Counted from the stretch's first letter, positions 1 through 9,083 are shown. The stretch is DNA of 32,000 bases from Methanococcus maripaludis (GCF_002945325.1 NZ_CP026606.1:240001-272000); one strand, 5' to 3'. Made by a program: numbers and translations. The notes: generated from the sequence alone by a model not told the origin.

Positions 1-1
1 T

Positions 2-691
2 TCAGAGCTGCCTAAAAATCTTGAAGAAGATAATAATGAATACAATTCTGATGCAATTTTAGAGTATCTGTCAAAAAAGAAAGGTTCAAAAGTTGCTTTT
101 AAAATCCCTAAACAAGGAGAGAAAAAACAACTTTTAGACCTTGCTATAAAAAATCTTGAAATTTATGTTAATGGAAATGAAATAAAAGTTCAAAGTTTAA
201 AAAACAAATTAATGCTTGATAAAAGTCCAAATGTAATAGAATGCTTTGATATATCGCATCTTTCAGGAACATTTACTGTTGGATCAATGGTCCAGTTTAG
301 AAATGGAAAACCTGACAAAAAAAATTACCGCAGATTTAAAATAAAAACAGTTTCTGGAATAGATGACTTCAAATCCATTTCTGAGGTAGTATTTAGAAGA
401 TACAGTAAATTAATCGAAGAAAATTTGGAATTGCCTGATTTAATAATTATTGATGGTGGAAAGGGCCAGCTTTCGTCAGCATTTTCTGAACTTCGAAAAT
501 TAAAACTTAAAATTCCGCTAATTTCGATCGCAAAACGTGAAGAAGAAATTTACACTCCCGGAATTGAAAATCCCCTTCCAATAAAGAAAAATGAAAAAGC
601 ATCCCTATTTATTCAGGAAATTCGTGATGAAGCACACAGATTCGCAATAAATTACAATCGATTACTTAAAAAAAAGGAATTGATAAAATGA
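2..691 (+). CDS. uvrC: Excinuclease ABC subunit C (UvrC), C-terminal part; the open frame extends to the left window edge
   Basis: Frame is open from base 2 through the listed 212..691 ORF. Contains ECFDISHLSGTFTVGSMVQFRNGKPDKKNYRRFKIKT and DLIIIDGGKGQLSSA, typical of the UvrC C-terminal nuclease region. Stop overlaps the uvrB start (ATGA). Confidence 0.95.
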   Translation, partial: SELPKNLEEDNNEYNSDAILEYLSKKKGSKVAFKIPKQGEKKQLLDLAIKNLEIYVNGNEIKVQSLKNKLMLDKSPNVIECFDISHLSGTFTVGSMVQFRNGKPDKKNYRRFKIKTVSGIDDFKSISEVVFRRYSKLIEENLELPDLIIIDGGKGQLSSAFSELRKLKLKIPLISIAKREEEIYTPGIENPLPIKKNEKASLFIQEIRDEAHRFAINYNRLLKKKELIK

Positions 692-2628
692 GTTCTCCCG
701 ATTTCAAGTTAAAAGCAGATTTTAAACCAAAAGGATCCCAGCCAGAAGCAATTGCAGGGCTGGTTAAAGACCTTGAAAAAAATCCAGAAAAAAGTAAGCA
801 GACACTGCTTGGTGTTACAGGTTCTGGAAAAACTTTTACTATTGCAAATGTTATTGAAAAAGTTCAAAAACCAACACTGGTAATTGCGCACAATAAAACA
901 CTTGCGGCACAACTTTATAATGAGTTTAAAGAATTCTTTCCTGAAAATCGAGTAGAATATTTTGTTTCGTACTATGATTACTATCAGCCAGAATCATATA
1001 TTCCACAAAAAGATCAATATATTGAAAAGGATGCACAGATCAACCCGAAAATTGAGCAGATGCGTCTTCGTGCAACTTCTGCAATTCTTTCGAGAAGGGA
1101 CGTGATAATTGTTGCATCGGTTTCCTGCATATATGGTCTTGGAAATCCTGAACTTTTTAAAGAAATGGGTTTTGAACTTAAAGTTGGAGAAAAAATCAAA
1201 AGATCCGACATTATTGAAAAATTAGTAGATATTCAATACGAAAGAAACGATATGGAATTAGTTCCAGGAAGATTCAGGGTAAAAGGCGATACTTTAGATA
1301 TTATTCCCGGATATCAAGATGATATTTTAAGAGTTGAAATGTTTGGGGATGAAATTGACAGAATTTATGAATTGGATCTAAAAAACATGTCTAAAAAACA
1401 TGAAATAGATTCATTTTACATGTATCCTGCAAAACACTTCGTAATTCCCGAAGAAGATAAGAAAAATGCGATTAAATCTATTTTAAAAGAACTCGATGAA
1501 TGGCTTGTAAATTTAGACATGCTAAAATCCCACAGGTTAAAGCAGAAAACCCTGTATGATATAGAAATGATTGAAGAAACTGGAAGCTGTAAGGGAATTG
1601 AAAATTATTCGAGGCATTTTGAAAATAGGAAAGAAGGAGAACCTGCATACTGCCTTTTAGACTATTTCCCTGAAGATTTTTTGATTGTAATTGATGAAAG
1701 CCACCAGACAATCCCGCAAATTCGCGGAATGTATAAAGGAGACCGTTCAAGAAAACAGTCATTGATTGATTACGGTTTCAGACTTCCAAGTGCATATGAC
1801 AACCGCCCACTTAAATTTGAAGAATTTAAAAAATACATGAATAATGTAATTTTTGTGTCAGCTACCCCTGGAGAATACGAATTAGATAATTCAAATCAGG
1901 TTGTAGAACAGATTATTAGACCAACAGGATTGCTTGATCCAGAAGTTGAAATAAGGCCGATTGAAAATCAGGTTGAAGATATCATAAAAGAAACTGAAAA
2001 AATGGTCGAAAAAGGGGAACGGGTATTAATTACGACCCTTACAAAACGTCTTGCAGAGGAATTAACAGAATATCTTGCAAAACGAAATGTTAAAGCAAGA
2101 TATCTGCATTCTGACATAGATACAATTGAAAGGACTGAAATTATTCGAAATTTAAGGCTTGGAAAATTTGACTGCCTCGTTGGAATAAATTTATTGAGGG
2201 AAGGGTTAGACATTCCAGAAGTCGGGTTCGTTGGAATACTCGATGCTGACAAGGAAGGGTTTTTGAGAAACGATAAAAGCTTGATTCAAACAATTGGTCG
2301 TGCTGCAAGAAATGCAAACTCAAAAGTTGTACTTTATGCTGACAAAATGACCGACTCAATTAAAAAAGCAGTTTTCGAAACAGAACGAAGAAGAAAACTT
2401 CAAAAAGAATACAATGAAAAACACAATATCATGCCTAAAACTATTGTAAAACCAATAAGAGAAAAAGTAGTCGATATTTCTGATGTAAAACATATCCCTG
2501 TAGCAGATATTCCAAACGTCATTATTGAACTTGAAACTGAGATGTATGAAGCCGCAGAAGCGCTCGAATTTGAAAAAGCAATAAAAATAAGAGATACAAT
2601 TGCAAAACTGAAGAAAAAAATTAAATAA
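688..2628 (+). CDS. uvrB: Excinuclease ABC subunit B (UvrB)
   Basis: 646 aa; Walker A GVTGSGKTFT, beta-hairpin YYDYYQPESYIP, helicase motif INLLREGLDIPEV, C-terminal UVR motif. Confidence 0.98.
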   Translation: MSSPDFKLKADFKPKGSQPEAIAGLVKDLEKNPEKSKQTLLGVTGSGKTFTIANVIEKVQKPTLVIAHNKTLAAQLYNEFKEFFPENRVEYFVSYYDYYQPESYIPQKDQYIEKDAQINPKIEQMRLRATSAILSRRDVIIVASVSCIYGLGNPELFKEMGFELKVGEKIKRSDIIEKLVDIQYERNDMELVPGRFRVKGDTLDIIPGYQDDILRVEMFGDEIDRIYELDLKNMSKKHEIDSFYMYPAKHFVIPEEDKKNAIKSILKELDEWLVNLDMLKSHRLKQKTLYDIEMIEETGSCKGIENYSRHFENRKEGEPAYCLLDYFPEDFLIVIDESHQTIPQIRGMYKGDRSRKQSLIDYGFRLPSAYDNRPLKFEEFKKYMNNVIFVSATPGEYELDNSNQVVEQIIRPTGLLDPEVEIRPIENQVEDIIKETEKMVEKGERVLITTLTKRLAEELTEYLAKRNVKARYLHSDIDTIERTEIIRNLRLGKFDCLVGINLLREGLDIPEVGFVGILDADKEGFLRNDKSLIQTIGRAARNANSKVVLYADKMTDSIKKAVFETERRRKLQKEYNEKHNIMPKTIVKPIREKVVDISDVKHIPVADIPNVIIELETEMYEAAEALEFEKAIKIRDTIAKLKKKIK

Positions 2629-2664
2629 CTTATTTTTTTATTTTAAATTATTAAATCAAAAATA

Positions 2665-2898
2665 TTATTTTAAAACATACTCGGTAGTCAATACTCCTAA
2701 AATCAATAATACCGATATACCTCCAAGATATAACTCTAATTTTGGAACCAATTCTATCCAGTAGGGGATTATCCCACAAAAGGGGCCATAAAATAACCTT
2801 AAAATTACAGAAATGCCAAAAATTACCAATAAAGCATTGAACAGAACATAGGATATATCTTTTTTAAAATAACTCTTTAAATTGACATCTAATCCCAT
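2665..2898 (-). CDS. Small hypothetical membrane protein
   Basis: Two predicted hydrophobic segments. Start trimmed to MGLDVNLKS because AAAAGGGGTTATTATG gives a good RBS; the listed ORF extends to 2949. Confidence 0.55.
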   Translation of the reverse strand: MGLDVNLKSYFKKDISYVLFNALLVIFGISVILRLFYGPFCGIIPYWIELVPKLELYLGGISVLLILGVLTTEYVLK

Positions 2899-3248
2899 AA
2901 TAACCCCTTTTGATTTTAATAATTCGATCCAATAATTAATATATAACAATGCAATTTAAAAAAACTAATATATAATTATATGGTTTAATATACAACTTAA
3001 TTCTAAAAACCATTGAATACAGGATATGTTAGTTCTAATCCAAATTTATGGAAAAAATGCACTTAAAAGACTATAAATTCACTGGATTAGATATTCCGCC
3101 AATATTTACAATTTTTATATATTAGTTAATGAAAGAAAAAATTAATAAATGAGGGATTTTAGATAATTAACATAATTAATTGGTGATGAGCCTAATTTTT
3201 GGATATTTCTTTTTATATTAAGGTATATTTTGTTATACGAGGTTAGTT

Positions 3249-3806
3249 ATGGGAAAAACAGACAAATTTAAGAAAAAATATGGGATTAAAGATATTAGTG
3301 AACAGGGGTTTTTTGAACATTTTTTTGAACTTGCCCTATGGAATTCCAGATTTATCGTGGTTTTGGCAGTTATTTTTGGAACCCTTGGATCAATTATGTT
3401 ATTTTTAGCAGGATCTGCTGAAATATTTCATACGATTATTAGTTATTTTTCAGACCCTATGAACAGCGACCAACACAACCAGATACTAATTGGCGTTATT
3501 GGTGCAGTAGACCTTTATTTAATAGGAGTTGTACTTTTAATATTTAGTTTTGGGATATACGAGCTTTTCATCTCAAAAATAGATATCGCGCGGGCAGATG
3601 GCGAAGTTTCAAATATTTTAGAAATTTATACGCTCGATGAACTAAAAAGCAAAATCATTAAAGTTATAATAATGGTTTTAGTAGTCAGTTTCTTCCAGAG
3701 AGTTCTCTCAATGCACTTTGAAACATCGTTAGATATGATATATATGGCAATATCAATATTTGCAATATCCCTTGGAGTTTATTTCATGCACAAACAAAAA
3801 GTGTAA
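3249..3806 (+). CDS. UPF0114/YqhA-like integral membrane protein
   Basis: 185 aa with about four hydrophobic helices and a FFEHFFELALWNSRFIVVLAVIFG...LYLIGVVLLIFSFGIYELFISKID pattern resembling the UPF0114 family. Confidence 0.75.
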   Translation: MGKTDKFKKKYGIKDISEQGFFEHFFELALWNSRFIVVLAVIFGTLGSIMLFLAGSAEIFHTIISYFSDPMNSDQHNQILIGVIGAVDLYLIGVVLLIFSFGIYELFISKIDIARADGEVSNILEIYTLDELKSKIIKVIIMVLVVSFFQRVLSMHFETSLDMIYMAISIFAISLGVYFMHKQKV

Positions 3807-3814
3807 GTTATTTT

Positions 3815-4249
3815 TTAATACACTGCATTTTTTAAATTATTCAATACTTCAAAATAGACGTTAATTTCATTGTGAATGTATTCCCCAAATAATTCATGCC
3901 GATAATTTGGAGCTTTTTCCACATTTAATTCACAATAATAACAATTTTTTAAGTCCGATATATTCATATCTAAACATTTTTTGCAGTATATACTGTACAA
4001 AAAATTCTCTTGTAGATAATTAAAATAATCAAGAGCATATTTGCTGTTTTTATGAATTTCAAAAGTAGAATGTTTGTTGCAGTATAACCCAAGCATGTGT
4101 TCTGCAACTGAAATTTCCTGAGAAACTACTTCGAGTATTTCTGGAATTTTTGAAACCATTTCAACGTTATTTTTAACGCATTCTTCGAAATTACCACAAT
4201 TTTTAAGTAAATAGATGTAATAATGAAGTTCATGATCATATCTATCCAA
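3815..4249 (-). CDS. Hypothetical protein with paired cysteines (CKKC ... CYYC), possible metal-binding protein
   Basis: 144 aa ORF converging tightly with the upstream gene; Cys-x2-Cys pairs near the C-terminus. Confidence 0.6.
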   Translation of the reverse strand: MDRYDHELHYYIYLLKNCGNFEECVKNNVEMVSKIPEILEVVSQEISVAEHMLGLYCNKHSTFEIHKNSKYALDYFNYLQENFLYSIYCKKCLDMNISDLKNCYYCELNVEKAPNYRHELFGEYIHNEINVYFEVLNNLKNAVY

Positions 4250-4355
4250 AATATCCCCCTTAAATAAAAATAATCATGTGGTTAAAATTGGGAAACCTGG
4301 ATTAACATATGAAATGGGATTAATCGTCAATATATCTATTTTCATCTAAATATTA

Positions 4356-4374
4356 ATACCTTTTGAAAAGGTAT
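4356..4374. repeat. Perfect 9-bp inverted repeat with 1-nt centre: ATACCTTTT-G-AAAAGGTAT
   Basis: Directly read from sequence; lies between the cupin stop (4388) and the 3815..4249 gene start. Confidence 0.85.
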
Positions 4375-4387
4375 AAAAAAGTAAAAA

Positions 4388-4732
4388 TTAACATTTAATT
4401 GCTTCTTCAGGAGCCCCTAATTTTTTTGGATGAGGTGCTTTTAAAACAAAAAATTCAAGCGTTTCTGAATTTTCATTTTTGATTAACATTTTTGTATTGA
4501 ATGGTATGCTTAAAATCGTTCCTTTTTTGTAATTTGCCGGATTTTGATCTTCAAGAGTAATTTCCATTTCCCCACCAACAATTACTAAATTTACATTTGA
4601 ATTTGAGATATGTTTTGGCATGAATTCTCCTTTTGGAAGCATTATGTGTCTTATCTGGATATCATCGGTATTTACAAGCATTTCAACCAATTTTTTATCG
4701 GATTTATTGAAATTTTGAACTTTTTCAATCAT
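4388..4732 (-). CDS. Cupin-domain protein
   Basis: Cupin-like GEFMPKHISNSNVNLVIVGGEMEITLED. Start trimmed to MIEKVQNF because GGTGATAAAATG provides the RBS. Confidence 0.8.
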   Translation of the reverse strand: MIEKVQNFNKSDKKLVEMLVNTDDIQIRHIMLPKGEFMPKHISNSNVNLVIVGGEMEITLEDQNPANYKKGTILSIPFNTKMLIKNENSETLEFFVLKAPHPKKLGAPEEAIKC

Positions 4733-4749
4733 TTTATCACCTTGAAAAA

Positions 4750-5382
4750 TCATAACTTTTTGTAAGTTATTGCATTTGTTGGGCATTTTAATTCACAATT
4801 TAAACACAAGAGGCAGTGTTTTTTGAATATCTCTGCATTTTGCTTGTTTTCAACTTTAACAGCTTCGGCAGGACATACATTTTCACAGATCTTACATGAA
4901 ATACATTTTTCAGTTACATTTAAGCCATACTTTGAAAAATACCCAGTAATGCTTAATAAAAATCCCCAAGGACATAAATAACGGTGCCATGAGTTTTCAT
5001 TTGACAGTAATGTAGTCAAAACACCAATTGAGATTATTATAATGGGTAGTGGAAATCTTGAGCCATTTATCATTGCATTTACGGTAATTCCAAGCCCCAC
5101 CATAAATAATAACATTATTAAAAGTCTTGGTTTTTCAGATTTTAGTAAATTTGGAATATTTTTACTGGAAAAGCCAGTTTTATCTTTTAAAACTTGTATG
5201 GGATGAATAATCGTATTTATGGGGCATACGAATCCGCAGTAATACCTTCCAAATATTCCTGCCAATATTATCGATAAAAATACAAAAACCATCCAAAACT
5301 GAGTTTGACCGCTTATAAAGGTCCACAAAAAGATAATAAAAAATAATACCTGAATAAAAGGCCGTATTTTTGATATCTGCAT
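4750..5382 (-). CDS. NapH/CcoG-like membrane 4Fe-4S protein
   Basis: Transmembrane segments plus CGFVCPINTIIHP, LCPWGFLLS, and two 4Fe-4S motifs CISCKICENVCP and CLLCLNCELKCP. Confidence 0.85.
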   Translation of the reverse strand: MQISKIRPFIQVLFFIIFLWTFISGQTQFWMVFVFLSIILAGIFGRYYCGFVCPINTIIHPIQVLKDKTGFSSKNIPNLLKSEKPRLLIMLLFMVGLGITVNAMINGSRFPLPIIIISIGVLTTLLSNENSWHRYLCPWGFLLSITGYFSKYGLNVTEKCISCKICENVCPAEAVKVENKQNAEIFKKHCLLCLNCELKCPTNAITYKKL

Positions 5383-5422
5383 TTTAAACCCTCAAAATCA
5401 GATTTTAATGTTTGATATTAAA

Positions 5423-6121
5423 TTAATCCATTAATTTACCATCGAGTGAAATAACTTTTTTAGTAATATTTACATCTAAACCATTCAGTGCACGGCTTAC
5501 TAATGAATAAAGTCCACTGCAACACGGAACTGTCATTATCGCAACTGTTACATTTTTAATATCGTTTTGTTCAACAATTTGCCTTATTTTTAGCATGTAA
5601 TCTTTTGTATCGTCTAGCTTTGGACAGGCTATTGCAAGAACTTTTCCTTTCAAGAGATTATTGTGAAAATCAGGATACGCAAAAGGAACGCAATCCGCCG
5701 CAATTATCAAATCAGCGTTTTTAAAGTAAGATGCATTTGGATTTAGAAGTTGAAGTTGAAGTTGAAGTTGAAGTTGAACTGGCCAGTTTAAAAGTTCTGA
5801 TTCTGTTTCTTTATTTTGAAGCATTTCTGATCTTTGTTCAGACCTATTGAAGCTTTTTACAGCTGAACCGGGACAGGGTTTTCCACTGTGGCCACCACAA
5901 CTAAAACCAGAGTCAGAAGTAATTTTTAATGCCCCAACTGGGCAGACATCAAGGCAGGCCCCAAGACCATCACAATTGATTTCACGGGTTTTATCAACTT
6001 TTACTTTTCCCGTTTTTTCATCAGGAATTATTATACTTTCTTCACAGGCTGAAACACAGAGTCCGCACTCTTTATATCCAAGACATGTTTCACTGTCAAT
6101 TTCAATTTTGAATTTTGCCAT
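5423..6121 (-). CDS. Ferredoxin-domain protein with conserved C-terminal domain (partner-type ferredoxin near hcp)
   Basis: CLGYKECGLCVSACE and CDGLGACLDVCP motifs, CGGHSGKPCP linker, C-terminal ACP..VPCCSGL segment. Start trimmed to MAKFKIE with GGTGATTTCAATG. Confidence 0.85.
   Translation of the reverse strand: MAKFKIEIDSETCLGYKECGLCVSACEESIIIPDEKTGKVKVDKTREINCDGLGACLDVCPVGALKITSDSGFSCGGHSGKPCPGSAVKSFNRSEQRSEMLQNKETESELLNWPVQLQLQLQLQLLNPNASYFKNADLIIAADCVPFAYPDFHNNLLKGKVLAIACPKLDDTKDYMLKIRQIVEQNDIKNVTVAIMTVPCCSGLYSLVSRALNGLDVNITKKVISLDGKLMD
5746..5778. repeat. In-frame hexanucleotide microsatellite (GAAGTT)x5 plus partial unit
   Basis: gaagttgaagttgaagttgaagttgaagttgaa read directly; encodes QLQLQLQLQL in the ferredoxin gene. 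Confidence 0.95.
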
Positions 6122-6223
6122 TGAAATCACCAACATGTAAATACTATTTTCAAACTTCTAAAATTAATTTAAATTTTTTTAAGTAATTTTTAAAAATTAA
6201 AAGTTAATATGGAGTTTAGGAGA

Positions 6224-7864
6224 TTATTCCCCTAAAAACATCTTCATATCAGATTCCACGTTGCTTATTCTGCCAAGTTCAAATTTATCAATTAATACTT
6301 TTGCAACGTTTGGCGAAAGGAATTCGGGAAGTGTTGGACCTACATGGATATTTTTAATTCCAAGATAAAGGAGTGCAAGTAAAACAGCCACTGCTTTTTG
6401 CTCGTACCACGCAATATTAAATGCAATTGGAAGCTTGTTTATATCGTCGAGTTCAAACACTTCTTTTAATTTTAAAGCAATTACTGCTAGTGAATAACAG
6501 TCATTGCACTGCCCTGCATCGATAACTCTTGGAATTCCCCCAATATCCCCGAGATTTAATTTATTGTACCGGTATTTTGCACAACCTGCTGTTAAAATAA
6601 CTGTGTCTTTTGGAAGATTTTTTGCAAATTCCGTGTAATATTCCCTATCGCTATTTCGTCCGTCGCATCCTGCCATTACAAAGAATTTTTTTATTGCGCC
6701 AGATTTTACTGCGTCAACCACCTTGTCAGCAAGCGCCAATACCTGATTATGTGCAAAACCACCGACTATTTTTCCAGTTTCAAGTTCTACTGGTGATGGA
6801 CATTTTTTAGCCTGTTCAATTACTTCTGAAAAGTCTTTTTTGCCGTTAACTGTTGGAATATATTTAATTCCAGGGTATCCAACAACGCCAGTTGTATAAA
6901 TTCTATCGGCATAACTGTCTGCAGGGGGCACAATGCAGTTTGTAGTCATTAAAATTGGTCCATTAAATGATTCAAACTCTGTTTTTTGTTTGTACCATGA
7001 ACCGCCGTAATTTCCTGCAAAATGTTCGTATTTTTTAAATTCAGGATAGTAATGTGCTGGAAGCATTTCACTGTGAGTATATACATCAATTCCAGTTCCT
7101 TTTGTCTGTTCTAAAAGGTCTTCCATGTCTTTTAAATCGTGACCGCTTATTAAAATACCAGGATTTTCCCTAACTCCGATATCAACTTCGGTTATTTCAG
7201 GATTTCCATATTTTCCAGTATTTGCTTTATCCAAAAGCGCCATCGTATCTACAGCATATTTTCCAGTTTCAAGAACCAGCGCAGTTAATTCATCGGCTGA
7301 TTTTGAATCATCAGAAATATCAATCAGCGCTTTTTTGATAAATTTGTGAATTTCACCACTGTTTTCACCAAGAACCATTGCATGGTGAAGGTATGCAGCA
7401 ATTCCTTTTAATCCGTAAAGTGTAGTAACTCTTAAAGCCCGTATATCTTCATTTTCAGTTGCCTGTAGTGAAACTTCTTTTGAATTTGATTTTTCTAAAA
7501 TTTCTAAATCTGTTTTTGCATTCCAAGTTGCAAAATCTGGTAATTGTCCGCAATTTCCGCCACAATTTGCTTTTAAACTATCCCTTAACTTCAAACCTTC
7601 TTTAACTTTTTCAATTAAGTATTTGTCATCAAAGTTAGTATTTGTAACTGATGCGAAGAGCGAATCTACAATATATCTATCTATAACTTCAGTATTTGCT
7701 CCTGTTTTTTCTGAAACATGAGAAATACCTTTTAAAGTATAAATTAAAAGGTCTTGAAGATTGGCCACATTGTCCTTTTTCCCGCAAACTCCAACTTTGA
7801 CACAACCTGTTCCTTTAACTGTTTCCTGACATTGATTACAATACATTTTTGTTGGTCTTTCCAT
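6224..7864 (-). CDS. hcp: Hydroxylamine reductase / hybrid cluster protein
   Basis: N-terminal [20 protein letters not shown], plus [24 protein letters not shown] and [41 protein letters not shown] at 7864 favoured over the GTG at 7873 by RBS spacing. Confidence 0.95.
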   Translation of the reverse strand: MERPTKMYCNQCQETVKGTGCVKVGVCGKKDNVANLQDLLIYTLKGISHVSEKTGANTEVIDRYIVDSLFASVTNTNFDDKYLIEKVKEGLKLRDSLKANCGGNCGQLPDFATWNAKTDLEILEKSNSKEVSLQATENEDIRALRVTTLYGLKGIAAYLHHAMVLGENSGEIHKFIKKALIDISDDSKSADELTALVLETGKYAVDTMALLDKANTGKYGNPEITEVDIGVRENPGILISGHDLKDMEDLLEQTKGTGIDVYTHSEMLPAHYYPEFKKYEHFAGNYGGSWYKQKTEFESFNGPILMTTNCIVPPADSYADRIYTTGVVGYPGIKYIPTVNGKKDFSEVIEQAKKCPSPVELETGKIVGGFAHNQVLALADKVVDAVKSGAIKKFFVMAGCDGRNSDREYYTEFAKNLPKDTVILTAGCAKYRYNKLNLGDIGGIPRVIDAGQCNDCYSLAVIALKLKEVFELDDINKLPIAFNIAWYEQKAVAVLLALLYLGIKNIHVGPTLPEFLSPNVAKVLIDKFELGRISNVESDMKMFLGE

Positions 7865-8116
7865 AAAACACACCTTTTAAAATTTTAAACTTCACCCTAA
7901 AATCAATTATATTAATATCATGATTAATCGATTTTAAAGGAATTTTTGTAGTTTAAAGTTAGTTTAATACATTTTTATAGGGTTTTGGAATTAGTTAACG
8001 AATAGTATTGTATTATTTAGGATATAAATAAATTTTTGACCGTTTTTAAATGGTTTGTGATATAATTATTATTACTATTAAATAATTTAGTAATATTAGA
8101 CATAAAAAAGTATTTG

Positions 8117-8524
8117 TTAAAAAATAATAATGTTATCGTAGATTTTCCCATTTATATTTTGTATTTTCTGATAAAATTCAGAAACTATGTCAGATTCACC
8201 TTCGATTACAAAAATTTCGAGTTTTTTGTTCTTTTCGCATGTCGTTTTTACGTAAGACTGGTTCATTGATTTTATTATTGTCTCGTACTCAAAATAAATA
8301 TGGCTCATTTCTTCCATCGTATCTTTTGATGGGCTGTAAACAACTGTGATCATTCCATTTACAGTTTTTCCAGGGGTTAACGCATTATTTTCGATTACAT
8401 ATTTTCTTACAGCGTCACGAATGAGTTCGCTCCTGCTGGAATAATTTTTAGATTCTACAATGGAATCCAGTTCAGAAAGTAAAAATTTTGGAAAAGAAAG
8501 GCTTATCCTTTCTACGTTAGCCAT
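8117..8524 (-). CDS. NikR-family ribbon-helix-helix/ACT transcriptional regulator (nickel ligands apparently not conserved)
   Basis: N-terminal RHH: VERISLSFPKFLLSELDSIVESKNYSSRSELIRDAVRKYV; C-terminal GMITVVYSPSKD...LEIFVIEGESDIVSEFYQKI resembles the NikR C-terminal domain. Confidence 0.8.
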   Translation of the reverse strand: MANVERISLSFPKFLLSELDSIVESKNYSSRSELIRDAVRKYVIENNALTPGKTVNGMITVVYSPSKDTMEEMSHIYFEYETIIKSMNQSYVKTTCEKNKKLEIFVIEGESDIVSEFYQKIQNINGKIYDNIIIF

Positions 8525-8562
8525 TATTTCACCGATAGATAAATAATTACTATTAAAAAAAG

Positions 8563-8916
8563 TTATTTGGGAATTAATAAATACCAGGCTTTGTCGCCAT
8601 TTTCTTGGTATCGAACAGCCATAAATTCAGTTTTAGACTTTTTTGACATGTCGTGCGTGAATGTTATAAATGGCCGCCTTTGTTCAGTAACCTCTGCCCG
8701 CATGTTCCTTAATATTGAGTATAATCTTTTAAAATAAGTAACAGTATCATCTTTATCAGGGTATATCGCATCATATACGTTTCGAGTTATGTAAACAGGC
8801 TCACTAAAACCCCTTCTTTTCGCATAACGAGAAACATTTATGACCTCTGCACCAGGTTTTATTACTTGCTCGATATCCTCTAATTCTTCAGGTATCTCAA
8901 AATTGCCCCTCATCAA
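8563..8916 (-). CDS. Hypothetical protein, probably cotranscribed with the NikR-like gene
   Basis: 117 aa ORF, same strand, 38 nt upstream of the NikR-like gene. Confidence 0.55.
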   Translation of the reverse strand: MMRGNFEIPEELEDIEQVIKPGAEVINVSRYAKRRGFSEPVYITRNVYDAIYPDKDDTVTYFKRLYSILRNMRAEVTEQRRPFITFTHDMSKKSKTEFMAVRYQENGDKAWYLLIPK

Positions 8917-9083
8917 AAATCCCCTCCAACGAAGTAGAATAATATATGGTTAGCATTACATTTAAATATATCGGTAAAAGGAAATAAATAGCTTTTTTTA
9001 AAATAAGAATATTATTTAAAGAATTACTTGTAATTAAAACCATTTTTACACATTTGTGGTAATTTATGTGTTTAATATTTTTT

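Noticed and set aside
709-2359. Five minus-strand ORFs within uvrB
   Set aside because: Entirely overlap the confident uvrB coding frame; no family resemblance.
7911-7928. ATTAAT-N6-ATTAAT upstream of hcp as an operator
   Set aside because: Each half is a self-complementary all-AT hexamer, expected frequently by chance in this AT-rich region; kept only as a weak possibility.
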